A stretch of DNA of 64,000 nucleotides, taken from assembly GCF_009914755.1 (NCBI RefSeq), contig NC_060925.1; one strand, written 5' to 3'. The position numbers and the translations under genes were made by a program. The notes beneath the pieces were generated by a model. That model saw nothing but the letters and a program-made list of their open reading frames with translations, ran no database searches and was not told the origin of the DNA. The DNA comes from the human T2T-CHM13v2.0 reference genome, Homo sapiens. This document shows positions 43,401-57,800 of the stretch, in pieces (within the stretch, counting starts at the first letter, position 1; each line of letters starts with the position of its first letter).

Positions 43401-45120
43401 AATGGAATCATCTAATGGAGTGGAATGGAATAATCCATGGACTCGAATGCAATCATCATCGAATGGAATCGAATGGAATCATCGAATGGACTCGAATGGA
43501 ATAATCATCGAACGGAATCGAATGTAGTCACCATCGGATGGAAATGAATGGAATCATCATCGAATGGAATCGAATAGAATTATGGAATGAAATCCAGTGT
43601 GATCATCATCGAATGGACCCGAATGGAATCATCATCCAACGGAAGCTAATGGAATCAACATCGAATGAATCCAATGGAAACACCATCGAATTGAAACGAA
43701 TGGAATTATCATGAAATTGAAATGGATGGACTCATCATCGAATGGATTCGAATGGAATCATCGAATAAAATTGATTGAAATCATCATCGAATGGTATCGA
43801 ATGGTATCATTGAATGGAATCGAATGGAATCATCATCAGATGGAAATGAATGGAATCGTCATAGAATGGAATCGAATGGATTCATTGAATGGAATCAGAT
43901 GGAATCATCGAATGGACTGGAATGGAATCATTGAATGGACTCGAAAGGGATCATTATTGAATGGAATTGAATGGAATTATCGAATGGTCTCGATTGGAAT
44001 CATTATCAAATGGAATCGAATTTAATCACCGAATAGAATCGAATGGAACAATCATCGAATGGACTCAACTGGAATTATCCTCAAATGGAATCGAATGGAA
44101 TTATCGAATGCAATCGAATGGAATTATCGAATGCAATCGAATAGAATCATCGAATGGACTCGAATGGAATCATCGAATGGAATGGAATGGAACAGTCAAT
44201 GAACTCGAATGGAATCATCATTGAATGGAATCGAATGGAATCATCGAGTGGAATCGAATGGAAATATGATCAAATGGAATCATATGTAATCATCATCAAA
44301 TGGAATCAAAAATAACCATCATCAAGTGGTATTGAATGGAATTCTCATCAAATGGAATTCAAAGGAATCATCATCAAATGGAACTGAATGGAATCCTCAT
44401 TGAATGGAAATGAAAGGGGTCATCATCTAATGGAATCGCATGGAATCATCATCAAATGGAATCGAATGGAATCATCATCAAATGGAATCTGATGGAATCA
44501 TTGAACAGAATTGAATGGAATCGTCATCGAATGAATTGAATACAATCATCGAATGGTCTCGAATGTAATCACATTCTAATGGAAAGGAATGGAATCATCG
44601 CATAGAATCGAATGGAATTAACATTGAATGGACTCGAATGGAATCAACATCAAACGGAATCAAGCGGAATTATCGAATGGAATCGAAGAGAATCATCGAA
44701 TGGTCTCGAATGGAATCATCTTCTAATGGAAAGGAATGGAATCATCGCATAGAATCGAATGGAATTAACATTGAATGGACTCGAATGGAATCAACATCAA
44801 ATGGAATCAAGCGGAATTATCGAATGAAATCGAAGAGAATCATCGAATGGACTCGAATGGAATCATCTAATGGAATGGAATGGAATAATCCACGGACTCG
44901 AATGCAATCATCATCGCATAGAATCGAATGGAATCATCGAAAGGACTCGAATGGAATAACCATTGAACGGAATCGAATGGAATCATCATCGGATGGAAAC
45001 GAATGGAATCATCATCGAATGGAAATGAAAGGAGTCATCATCTAATGGAATTGCATGGAATCATCATAAAATGGAATCGAATGGAATCATCATCAAATGG
45101 AATCAAATGGAATCATTGAA
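40340..45120 (+). repeat. Tandem duplication of a 2390-bp unit that carries a 147-bp internal repeat
   Basis: 40350/42740, 40818/43208, 41321/43711 and 42248/44638 are all 2390 apart. Shared extra EcoRI site (41949, 44339), GAACTGAATG and GTAATCACATTC. Confidence 0.82.
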
Positions 45121-48100
45121 CGGAATTGAATGGAATCGTCATCGAATGAATTGAATGCAATCATCGAATGGTCTCGAATGGAATCATCTTCAAATGGAAT
45201 GGAATGGAATCATCGCATAGAATCGAATGGAATTATCATCGAATGGAATCGAATGGTATCAACATCAAACGGAAAAAAACGGAATTATCGAATGGAATCG
45301 AAGAGAATCTTCGAACGGACCCGAATGGAATCATCTAATGGAATGGAATGGAATAATCCATGGACTCGAATGCAATCATTATCGAATGGAATCGAATGGA
45401 ATCATTGAAAGGACTCGAATGGAATAATCATTGAACGGAATCGAATGGAATCATCATCGGATGGAAATGAATGGAATCATCATCGAATGGAATCGAATAG
45501 AATTATGGAATGAAATCCAGTGTGATCATCATCGAATGGACCCGAATGGAATCATCATCCAACGGAAGCTAATGGAATCAACATCGAATGAATCGAATGG
45601 AAACACCATCGAATTGAAACGAATGGAATTATCATGAAATTGAAACGGATGGACTCATCATCGAATGGATTCGAATGGAATCATCGAATAAAATTGATTG
45701 AAATCATCATCGAATGGAATCGAATGGTATCATTGAATGGAATCGAATGGAATCATCATCAGATGGAAATGAATGGAATCGTCATAGAATGGAATCGAAT
45801 GGATTCATTGAATGGAATCAGATGGAATCATCGAATGGACTGGAATGGAATCATTGAATGGACTCGAAAGGGATCATTATTGAATGGAATTGAATGGAAT
45901 CATCGAACGGTCTCGATTGGAATCATTATCAAATGGAATCGAATGGAATCACCGAATAGAATCGAATGGAACAATCATCGAATGGACTCAAATGGAATTA
46001 TCCTCAAATGGAATCGAATGGAATTATCGAATGCAATCGAATGGAATTATCGAATGCAATCGAATAGAATCATCGAATGGACTCGAATGGAATCATCGAA
46101 TGGAATGGAATGGAACAGTCAATGAACTCGAATGGAATCATCATTGAATGGAATCGAATGGAATCATCGCGTGGAATCGAATGGAATTATGATCAAATGG
46201 AATCGAATGTAATCATCATCAAATGGAATCAAAAATAACCATCATCAATTGGTATTGAATGGAATTGTCATCAAATGGAATTCAAAGGAATCATCATCAA
46301 ATGGAACCGAATGGAATCCTCATTGAATGGAAATGAAAGGAGTCATCATCTAATGGAATCGCATGGAATCATCATCAAATGGAATCGAATGGAATCATCA
46401 TCAAATGGAATCTAATGGAATCATTGAAAGAATTGAATGGAATCATCATCGAATGAATTGAATGCAATCATCGAATGGTCTCGAATGGAATCATCTTCTA
46501 ATGGAAAGGAATGGAATCATCGCATAGAATCGAATGGAATTATCATCGAATGGAATCGAATGGTATCAACACCAAACGGAAAAAAACGGAATTATCGAAT
46601 GGAATCGAAGAGAATCTTCGAACGGACCCGAATGGAATCATCTAATGGAATGGAATGGAATAATCCATGGACTCCAATGCAATCATCATCGAATGGAATC
46701 GAATGGAATCATCGAATGGACTCGAATGGAATAATCATTGAACGGAATCGAATGGAATCATCATCGGATGGAAACGAATGGAATCATCATCGAATGGAAA
46801 TGAAAGGAGTCATCATCTAATGGAATTGCATGAAATCATCATCAAATGGAATCGAATGGAATCAACATCAAATGGAATCAAATGGAATCATTGAACGGAA
46901 TTGAATGGAATCGTCATCGAATGAATTGAATGCAATCATCGAATGGTCTCGAATGGAATCATCTTCAAATGGAATGGAATGGAATCATCGCATAGAATCG
47001 AATGGAATTATCATCGAATGGAATCGAATGGAATCAACATCAAACGGAAAAAAACGGAATTATCGAATGGAATCGAAGAGAATCATCGAATGGACCCGAA
47101 TGGAATCATCTAATGGAATGGAATGGAATAATCCATGGACTCGAATGCAATCATCATCGAATGGAATCGAATGGAATCATCGAATGGACTCGAATGGAAT
47201 AATCATGGAACGGAATCGAATGGAATCATCATCGGATGGAAATGTATGGAATCATCATCGAATGGAATCGAATAGAATTATGGAATGAAATCCAGTGTGA
47301 TCATCATCGAATGGACCCGAATGGAATCATCATCCAACGGAAGCTAATGGAATCAACATCGAATGAATCGAATGGAAACACCATCGAATTGAAACGAATG
47401 GAATTATCATGAAATTGAAACGGATGGACTCATCATCGAATGGATTCGAATGGAATCATCGAATAAAATTGATTGAAATCATCATCGAATGGAATCGAAT
47501 GGTATCATTGAATGGAATCGAATGGAATCATCATCAGATGGAAATGAATGGAATCGTCATAGAATGGAATCGAATGGATTCATTGAATGGAATCAGATGG
47601 AATCATCGAATGGACTGGAATGGAATCATTGAATGGACTCGAAAGGGATCATTATTGAATGGAATTGAATGGAATCATCGAATGGTCTCGATTGTAATCA
47701 TTATCAAATGGAATCGAATGGAATCACCGAATAGAATCGAATGGAACAATCATCGAATGGACTCAAATGGAATTATCCTCAAATGGAATCGAATGGAATT
47801 ATCGAATGCAACCGAATGGAATTATCGAATGCAATCGAATAGAATCATCGAATGGACTCGAATGGAATCATCGAATGGAATGGAATGGAACAGTCAATGA
47901 ACTCGAATGGAATCATCATTGAATGGAATCGAATGGAATCATCGAGTGGAATCGAATGGAATTATGATCAAATGGAATCGAATGTAATCATCATCAAATG
48001 GAATCAAAAATAACCATCATCAATTGGTATTGAATGGAATTGTCATCAAATGGAATTCAAAGGAATCATCATCAAATGGAACCGAAAGGAATCCTCATTG

Positions 48101-48899
48101 AATGGAAATGAAAGGGGTCATCATCTAATGGAATCGCATGGAATCATCATCAAATGGAATCGAATGGAATCATCATCAAATGGAATCTAATGGTATCATT
48201 GAAAGAATTGAATGGAATCATCATCGAATGAATTGAATGCAATCATCGAATGGTCTCGAATGGAATCATCTTCAAATGGAATGGAATGGAATCATCGCAT
48301 AGAATCGAATGGAATTATCATCGAATGGAATCGAATGGAATCAACATCAAACGGAAAAAAACGGAATTATCGAATAGAATCGAAGAGAATCATCGAACGG
48401 ACCCGAATGGAATCATCTAATGGAATGGAATGGAATAATCCATGGACTCGAAGGCAATCATCATCGAATGGAATCGAATGGAATCATCGAATGGACTCGA
48501 ATGGAATAATCATTGAACGGAATCGAATGGAATCATCATCGGATGGAAACGAATGGAATCATCATCGAATGGAAATGAAAGGAGTCATCATCTAATGGAA
48601 TTGCATGGAATCATCATCAAATGGAATCGAATGGAATCAACATCAAATGGAATCAAATGGAATCATTGAACGGAATTGAATGGAATCGTCATCGAATGAA
48701 TTGAATACAATCATCGAATGGTCTCGAATGCAATCATCTTCTAATGGAAAGGAATGGAATCATCGCATAGAATCGAATGGAATTAACATTGAATGGACTC
48801 GAATGGAATCAACATCAAATGGAATCAAGCGGAATTATCGAATGTAATCGAAGAGAACCATCGAATGGACTCGAATGGAATCATCTAATGGAATGGAAT

Positions 48900-51800
48900 G
48901 GAATAATCCACGGACTCGAATGCAATCATCATCGTATAGAATCGAATGGAATCATCGAATGGACTCGAATGGAATAATCATTGAACGGAATCGAATGGAA
49001 TCATCATCGGATGGAAATGAATGGAATCATCATCGAATGGAATCGAATAGAATTATGGAATGAAATCCAGTGTGATCATCATCGAATGGACCAGAATGGA
49101 ATCATCATCCAACGGAAGCTAACGGAATCAACATCGAATGAATCGAATGGAAACACCATCGAATTGAAAAGAATGGAATTATCATGAAATTGAAATGGAT
49201 GGACTCATCATCGAATGGATTCGAATTGAATCATCGAATAAAATTGATTAAAATCATCATCAAATGGAATCGAATGGTATCATTGAATGGAATCGAATGG
49301 AATCATCATCAGATGGAAATGAATGGAATCGTCATAGAATGGAATCGAATGGATTCATTGAATGGAATCAGATGGAATCAACGAATGGACTGGAATGGAA
49401 TCATTGAATGGACTCGAAAGGGATCATTGTTGAATGGAATTGAATGGAATCATCGAATGGTCTCGATTGGAATCATTATCAAATGGAATCGAATGGAATC
49501 ACCGAATAGAATCGAATGGAACAATCATCGAATGGAGTCAAATGGAATTATCCTCAAATGGAATTGAATGGAATTATCGAATGCAATCGAATGGAATTAT
49601 CGAATGCAATAGAATAGAATCATCAAATGGACTCGAATGGAATCATCGAATGGAATGGAATGGAACAGTCAATGAACTCGAATGGAATCATCATTGAATG
49701 GAATCGAATGGAATCATCGAGTGGAATCGAATGGAATTATGATCAAACGGAATCGAATGTAATCATCATCAAATGGAATCAAAAATAACCATCATCAATT
49801 GGTATTGAATGGAATTGTCATCAAATGGAATTCAAAGGAATCATCATCAAATGGAACCGAATGGAATCCTCATTGAATGGAAATGAAAGGAGTCATCATC
49901 TAATGGAATCGCATGGAGTCATCATCAAATGGAATCGCATGGAATCATCATCAAATGGAATCGAATGGAATTATCATTAAATGGAATCTAATGGAATCAT
50001 TGAACAGAATTGAATGGAATCGTCATCGAATGAATTGAATGCAATCATCGAATGGTCTCGAATGGAATCATCTTCTAATGGAAAGGAATGGAATCATCGC
50101 ATAGAATCGAATGGAATTAACATTGATGGACTCGAATGGAATCAACATCAAACGGAATTAAGCGGAATTATCGAATGGAATCGAAGAGAATCATCGAATG
50201 GACTCGAATGGAATCATCTAATGGAATGGAATGGAATAATCCCCGGACTCGAATGCAATCATCATCGTATAGAATCGAGTGGAATCATCGAATGGACTCG
50301 AATGGAATAATCATCGGATGGATACGAATGGATTCATCATCGAATGGAAATGAAAGGAGTCATCATCTAATGGAATTGCATGGAATCATCATAAAATGGA
50401 ATTGAATGGAATCAACATCAAATGGAATCAAATGGAATCATTGAACGGAATTGAATGGAATCGTCATCGAATGAATTGAATGCAATCATCGAATGGTCTC
50501 AAATGGAATCATCTTCAAATGGAATGGAATGGAATCATCGCATAGAATCGAATGGAATTATCATCGAATGGAATCGAATGGTATCAACATAAAATGGAAA
50601 AAAACGGAATTATCGAATGGAATCGAAGAGAATCATCGAATGGACCCGAATGGAATCATCTAATGGAATGGAATGGAATAATCCATGGACTCGAATGCAG
50701 TCATCATCGAATGGAATCGAATGGAATCATCGAATGGACTCGAATGGAATAATCATTGAACGGAATCGAATGGAATCATCATCGGATGGAAATGAGTGGA
50801 ATCATCATCGAATGGAATCGAATAGAATTATGGAATGAAATCTAGTGTGATCATCATCGAATGGACCCGAATGGAATCATCATCCAACGGAAGCTAATGG
50901 TATCAACTTCGAATGAATCGAATGGAAACACCATCGAATTGAAAGGAATGGAATTATCATGAAATTGAAATGGATGGACTCATCATCCAATGGATTCAAA
51001 AGGAATCATCGAATAAAATTGATTGAAATCATCATCAAATGGATTCGAATGGTACCATTGAAAGGAATCGAATGGAATCATCATCAGATGGAAATGAATG
51101 GAATCGTCATAGAATGGAATCGAATGGATTCATTGAATGGAATCAGATGGAATCATCGAATGGACTGGAATGGAATCATTGAATGGACTCGAAAGAGATC
51201 ATTGTTGAATGGAATTGAATGGAATCATCGAATGGTCTCGATTGGAATCATTATCAAATGGAATCGAATGGAATCACCGAATAGAATCGAATGGAACAAT
51301 CATCGAATGGAGTCAAATGGAATTATCCTCAAATGGAATCGAATGGAATTATCGAATGCAATCGAATGGAATTATCGAATGCAATCGACTAGAATCATCG
51401 AATGGACTCGAATGGAATCATCGAGTATAATGGTATGGAACAGTCAATGAACTCGAATGGAATCATCATTGAATGGAATCGAATGGAATCATCGAGTGGA
51501 ATCGAATGGAATTATGATCAAATGGAATCGAATGTAATCATCATCAAATGGAATCAAAAATAACCATCATCAGTTGGTATTGAATGGAATTGTCATCAAA
51601 TGGAATTCAAAGGAATCATCATCAAATGGAACCGAATGGAATCCTCATTGAATGGAAATGAAAGGGGTCATCATCTAATGGAATCACATGGAATCATCAT
51701 CAAATGGAATCGAATGGAATCATCATCAAATGGAATCTAATGGAATCATTGAACAGAATTGAATGGAATCGTCATCGAATGAATTGAATGCAATCATCGA

Positions 51801-54800
51801 ATGGTCTCGAATGGAATCATCTTCTAATGGAAAGGAATGGAATCATCGCATAGAATCGAATGGAATTAACATTGAATGGACTCGAATGGAATCAACATCA
51901 AACGGAATCAAGCGGAATTATCGAATGGAATCGAAGAGAATCATCGAATGGACTCGAATGGAATCATCTAATGGAATGGAATGGAATAATCCACGGACTC
52001 GAATGCAATCATCATCGTATAGAATCGAATGGAATCATCGAATGGACTCGAATGGAATAATCATTGAACGGAATCGAATGGAATCACCATCGGATGGAAA
52101 TGAATGGAATCATCATCGAATGGAATCGAATAGAATTATGGAATGAAATCCAGTGTGATCATCATCGAATGGACCAGAATGGAATCATCATCCAACGGAA
52201 GCTAACGGAATCAACATCGAATGAATCGAATGGAAACACCATCGAATTGAAAAGAATGGAATTATCATGAAATTGAAATGGATGGACTCATCATCGAATG
52301 GATTCGAATTGAATCATCGAATAAAATTGATTAAAATCATCATCAAATGGAATCGAATGGTATCATTGAATGGAATCGAATGGAATCATCATCAGATGGA
52401 AATGAATGGAATCGTCATAGAATGGAATCGAATGGATTCATTGAATGGAATCAGATGGAATCAACGAATGGACTGGAATGGAATCATTGAATGGACTCGA
52501 AAGGGATCATTGTTGAATGGAATTGAATGGAATCATCGAATGGTCTCGATTGGAATCATTATCAAATGGAATCGAATGGAATCACCGAATAGAATCGAAT
52601 GGAACAATCATCGAATGGAGTCAAATGGAATTATCCTCAAATGGAATTGAATGGAATTATCGAATGCAATCGAATGGAATTATCGAATGCAATAGAATAG
52701 AATCATCAAATGGACTCGAATGGAATCATCGAATGGAATGGAATGGAACAGTCAATGAACTCGAATGGAATCATCATTGAATGGAATCGAATGGAATCAT
52801 CGAGTGGAATCGAATGGAATTATGATCAAACGGAATCGAATGTAATCATCATCAAATGGAATCAAAAATAACCATCATCAATTGGTATTGAATGGAATTG
52901 TCATCAAATGGAATTCAAAGGAATCATCATCAAATGGAACCGAATGGAATCCTCATTGAATGGAAATGAAAGGAGTCATCATCTAATGGAATCGCATGGA
53001 GTCATCATCAAATGGAATCGCATGGAATCATCATCAAATGGAATCGAATGGAATTATCATTAAATGGAATCTAATGGAATCATTGAACAGAATTGAATGG
53101 AATCGTCATCGAATGAATTGAATGCAATCATCGAATGGTCTCGAATGGAATCATCTTCTAATGGAAAGGAATGGAATCATCGCATAGAATCGAATGGAAT
53201 TAACATTGATGGACTCGAATGGAATCAACATCAAACGGAATTAAGCGGAATTATCGAATAGAATCGAAGAGAATCATCGAATGGACTCGAATGGAATCAT
53301 CTAATGGAATGGAATGGAATAATCCCCGGACTCGAATGCAATCATCATCGTATAGAATCGAGTGGAATCATCGAATGGACTCGAATGGAATAATCATCGG
53401 ATGGATACGAATGGATTCATCATCGAATGGAAATGAAAGGAGTCATCATCTAATGGAATTGCATGGAGTCATCATAAAATGGAATTGAATGGAATCAACA
53501 TCAAATGGAATCAAATGGAATCATTGAACGGAATTGAATGGAATCGTCATCGAATGAATTGAATGCAATCATCGAATGTTCTCAAATGGAATCATCTTCA
53601 AATGGAATGGAATGGAATCATCGCATAGAATCGAATGGAATTATCATCGAATGGAATCGAATGGTATCAACATAAAATGGAAAAAAACGGAATTATCGAA
53701 TGGAATCGAAGAGAATCATCGAATGGACCCGAATGGAATCATCTAATGGAATGGAATGGAATAATCCATGGACTCGAATGCAGTCATCATCGAATGGAAT
53801 CGAATGGAATCATCGAATGGACTCGAATGGAATAATCATTGAACGGAATCGAATGGAATCATCATCGGATGGAAATGAGTGGAATCATCATCGAATGGAA
53901 TCGAATAGAATTATGGAATGAAATCTAGTGTGATCATCATCGAATGGACCCGAATGGAATCATCATCCAACGGAAGCTAATGGTATCAACTTCGAATGAA
54001 TCGAATGGAAACACCATCGAATTGAAAGGAATGGAATTATCATGAAATTGAAATGGATGGACTCATCATCCAATGGATTCAAAAGGAATCATCGAATAAA
54101 ATTGATTGAAATCATCATCAAATGGATTCGAATGGTACCATTGAAAGGAATCGAATGGAATCATCATCAGATGGAAATGAATGGAATCGTCATAGAATGG
54201 AATCGAATGGATTCATTGAATGGAATCAGATGGAATCATCGAATGGACTGGAATGGAATCATTGAATGGACTCGAAAGAGATCATTGTTGAATGGAATTG
54301 AATGGAATCATCGAATGGTCTCGATTGGAATCATTATCAAATGGAATCGAATGGAATCACCGAATAGAATCGAATGGAACAATCATCGAATGGAGTCAAA
54401 TGGAATTATCCTCAAATGGAATCGAATGGAATTATCGAATGCAATCGAATGGAATTATCGAATGCAATCGACTAGAATCATCGAATGGACTCGAATGGAA
54501 TCATCGAGTATAATGGTATGGAACAGTCAATGAACTCGAATGGAATCATCATTGAATGGAATCGAATGGAATCATCGAGTGGAATCGAATGGAATTATGA
54601 TCAAATGGAATCGAATGTAATCATCATCAAATGGAATCAAAAATAACCATCATCAGTTGGTATTGAATGGAATTGTCATCAAATGGAATTCAAAGGAATC
54701 ATCATCAAATGGAACCGAATGGAATCCTCATTGAATGGAAATGAAAGGGGTCATCATCTAATGGAATCACATGGAATCATCATCAAATGGAATCGAATGG

Positions 54801-57800
54801 AATCATCATCAAATGGAATCTAATGGAATCATTGAACAGAATTGAATGGAATCGTCATCGAATGAATTGAATGCAATCATCGAATGGTCTCGAATGGAAT
54901 CATCTTCTAATGGAAAGGAATGGAATCATCGCATAGAATCGAATGGAATTAACATTGAATGGACTCGAATGGAATCAACATCAAACGGAATCAAGCGGAA
55001 TTATCGAATGGAATCGAAGAGAATCATCGAATGGACTCGAATGGAATCATCTAATGGAATGGAATGGAATAATCCACGGACTCGAATGCAATCATCATCG
55101 TATAGAATCGAATGGAATCATCGAATGGACTCGAATGGAATAATCATTGAACGGAATCGAATGGAATCATCATCGGATGGAAATGAATGGAATCATCATC
55201 GAATGGAATCGAATAGAATTATGGAATGAAATCCAGTGTGATCATCATCGAATGGACCAGAATGGAATCATCATCCAACGGAAGCTAACGGAATCAACAT
55301 CGAATGAATCGAATGGAAACACCATCGAATTGAAAGGAATGGAATTATCATGAAATTGAAATGGATGGACTCATCATCGAATGGATTCGAATTGAATCAT
55401 CGAATAAAATTGATTAAAATCATCATCAAATGGAATCGAATGGTATCATTGAATGGAATCGAATGGAATCATCATCAGATGGAAATGAATGGAATCGTCA
55501 TAGAATGGAATCGAATGGATTCATTGAATGGAATCAGATGGAATCAACGAATGGACTGGAATGGAATCATTGAATGGACTCGAAAGGGATCATTGTTGAA
55601 TGGAATTGAATGGAATCATCGAATGGTCTCGATTGGAATCATTATCAAATGGAATCGAATGGAATCACCGAATAGAATCGAATGGAACAATCATCGAATG
55701 GAGTCAAATGGAATTATCCTCAAATGGAATTGAATGGAATTATCGAATGCAATCGAATGGAATTATCGAATGCAATAGAATAGAATCATCAAATGGACTC
55801 GAATGGAATCATCGAATGGAATGGAATGGAACAGTCAATGAACTCGAATGGAATCATCATTGAATGGAATCGAATGGAATCATCGAGTGGAATCGAATGG
55901 AATTATGATCAAACGGAATCGAATGTAATCATCATCAAATGGAATCAAAAATAACCATCATCAATTGGTATTGAATGGAATTGTCATCAAATGGAATTCA
56001 AAGGAATCATCATCAAATGGAACCGAATGGAATCCTCATTGAATGGAAATGAAAGGAGTCATCATCTAATGGAATCGCATGGAGTCATCATCAAATGGAA
56101 TCGCATGGAATCATCATCAAATGGAATCGAATGGAATTATCATTAAATGGAATCTAATGGAATCATTGAACAGAATTGAATGGAATCGTCATCGAATGAA
56201 TTGAATGCAATCATCGAATGGTCTCGAATGGAATCATCTTCTAATGGAAAGGAATGGAATCATCGCATAGAATCGAATGGAATTAACATTGATGGACTCG
56301 AATGGAATCAACATCAAACGGAATTAAGCGGAATTATCGAATAGAATCGAAGAGAATCATCGAATGGACTCGAATGGAATCATCTAATGGAATGGAATGG
56401 AATAATCCCCAGACTCGAATGCAATCATCATCGTATAGAATCGAGTGGAATCATCGAATGGACTCGAATGGAATAATCATCGGATGGATACGAATGGATT
56501 CATCATCGAATGGAAATGAAAGGAGTCATCATCTAATGGAATTGCATGGAATCATCATAAAATGGAATTGAATGGAATCAACATCAAATGGAATCAAATG
56601 GAATCATTGAACGGAATTGAATGGAATCGTCATCGAATGAATTGAATGCAATCATCGAATGTTCTCAAATGGAATCATCTTCAAATGGAATGGAATGGAA
56701 TCATCGCATAGAATCGAATGGAATTATCATCGAATGGAATCGAATGGTATCAACATAAAATGGAAAAAAACGGAATTATCGAATGGAATCGAAGAGAATC
56801 ATCGAATGGACCCGAATGGAATCATCTAATGGAATGGAATGGAATAATCCATGGACTCGAATGCAGTCATCATCGAATGGAATCGAATGGAATCATCGAA
56901 TGGACTCGAATGGAATAATCATTGAACGGAATCGAATGGAATCATCATCGGATGGAAATGAGTGGAATCATCATCGAATGGAATCGAATATAATTATGGA
57001 ATGAAATCTAGTGTGATCATCATCGAATGGACCCGAATGGAATCATCATCCAACGGAAGCTAATGGTATCAACTTCGAATGAATCGAATGGAAACACCAT
57101 CGAATTGAAAGGAATGGAATTATCATGAAATTGAAATGGATGGACTCATCATCCAATGGATTCAAAAGGAATCATCGAATAAAATTGATTGAAATCATCA
57201 TCAAATGGATTCGAATGGTACCATTGAAAGGAATCGAATGGAATCATCATCAGATGGAAATGAATGGAATCGTCATAGAATGGAATCGAATGGATTCATT
57301 GAATGGAATCAGATGGAATCATCGAATGGACTGGAATGGAATCATTGAATGGACTCGAAAGAGATCATTGTTGAATGGAATTGAATGGAATCATCGAATG
57401 GTCTCGATTGGAATCATTATCAAATGGAATCGAATGGAATCACCGAATAGAATCGAATGGAACAATCATCGAATGGAGTCAAATGGAATTATCCTCAAAT
57501 GGAATTGAATGGAATTATCGAATGCAATCGAATGGAATTATCGAATGCAATAGAATAGAATCATCAAATGGACTCGAATGGAATCATCGAATGGAATGGA
57601 ATGGAACAGTCAATGAACTCGAATGGAATCATCATTGAATGGAATCGAATGGAATCATCGAGTGGAATCGAATGGAATTATGATCAAACGGAATCGAATG
57701 TAATCATCATCAAATGGAATCAAAAATAACCATCATCAATTGGTATTGAATGGAATTGTCATCAAGTGGAATTCAAAGGAATCATCATCAAATGGAACCG

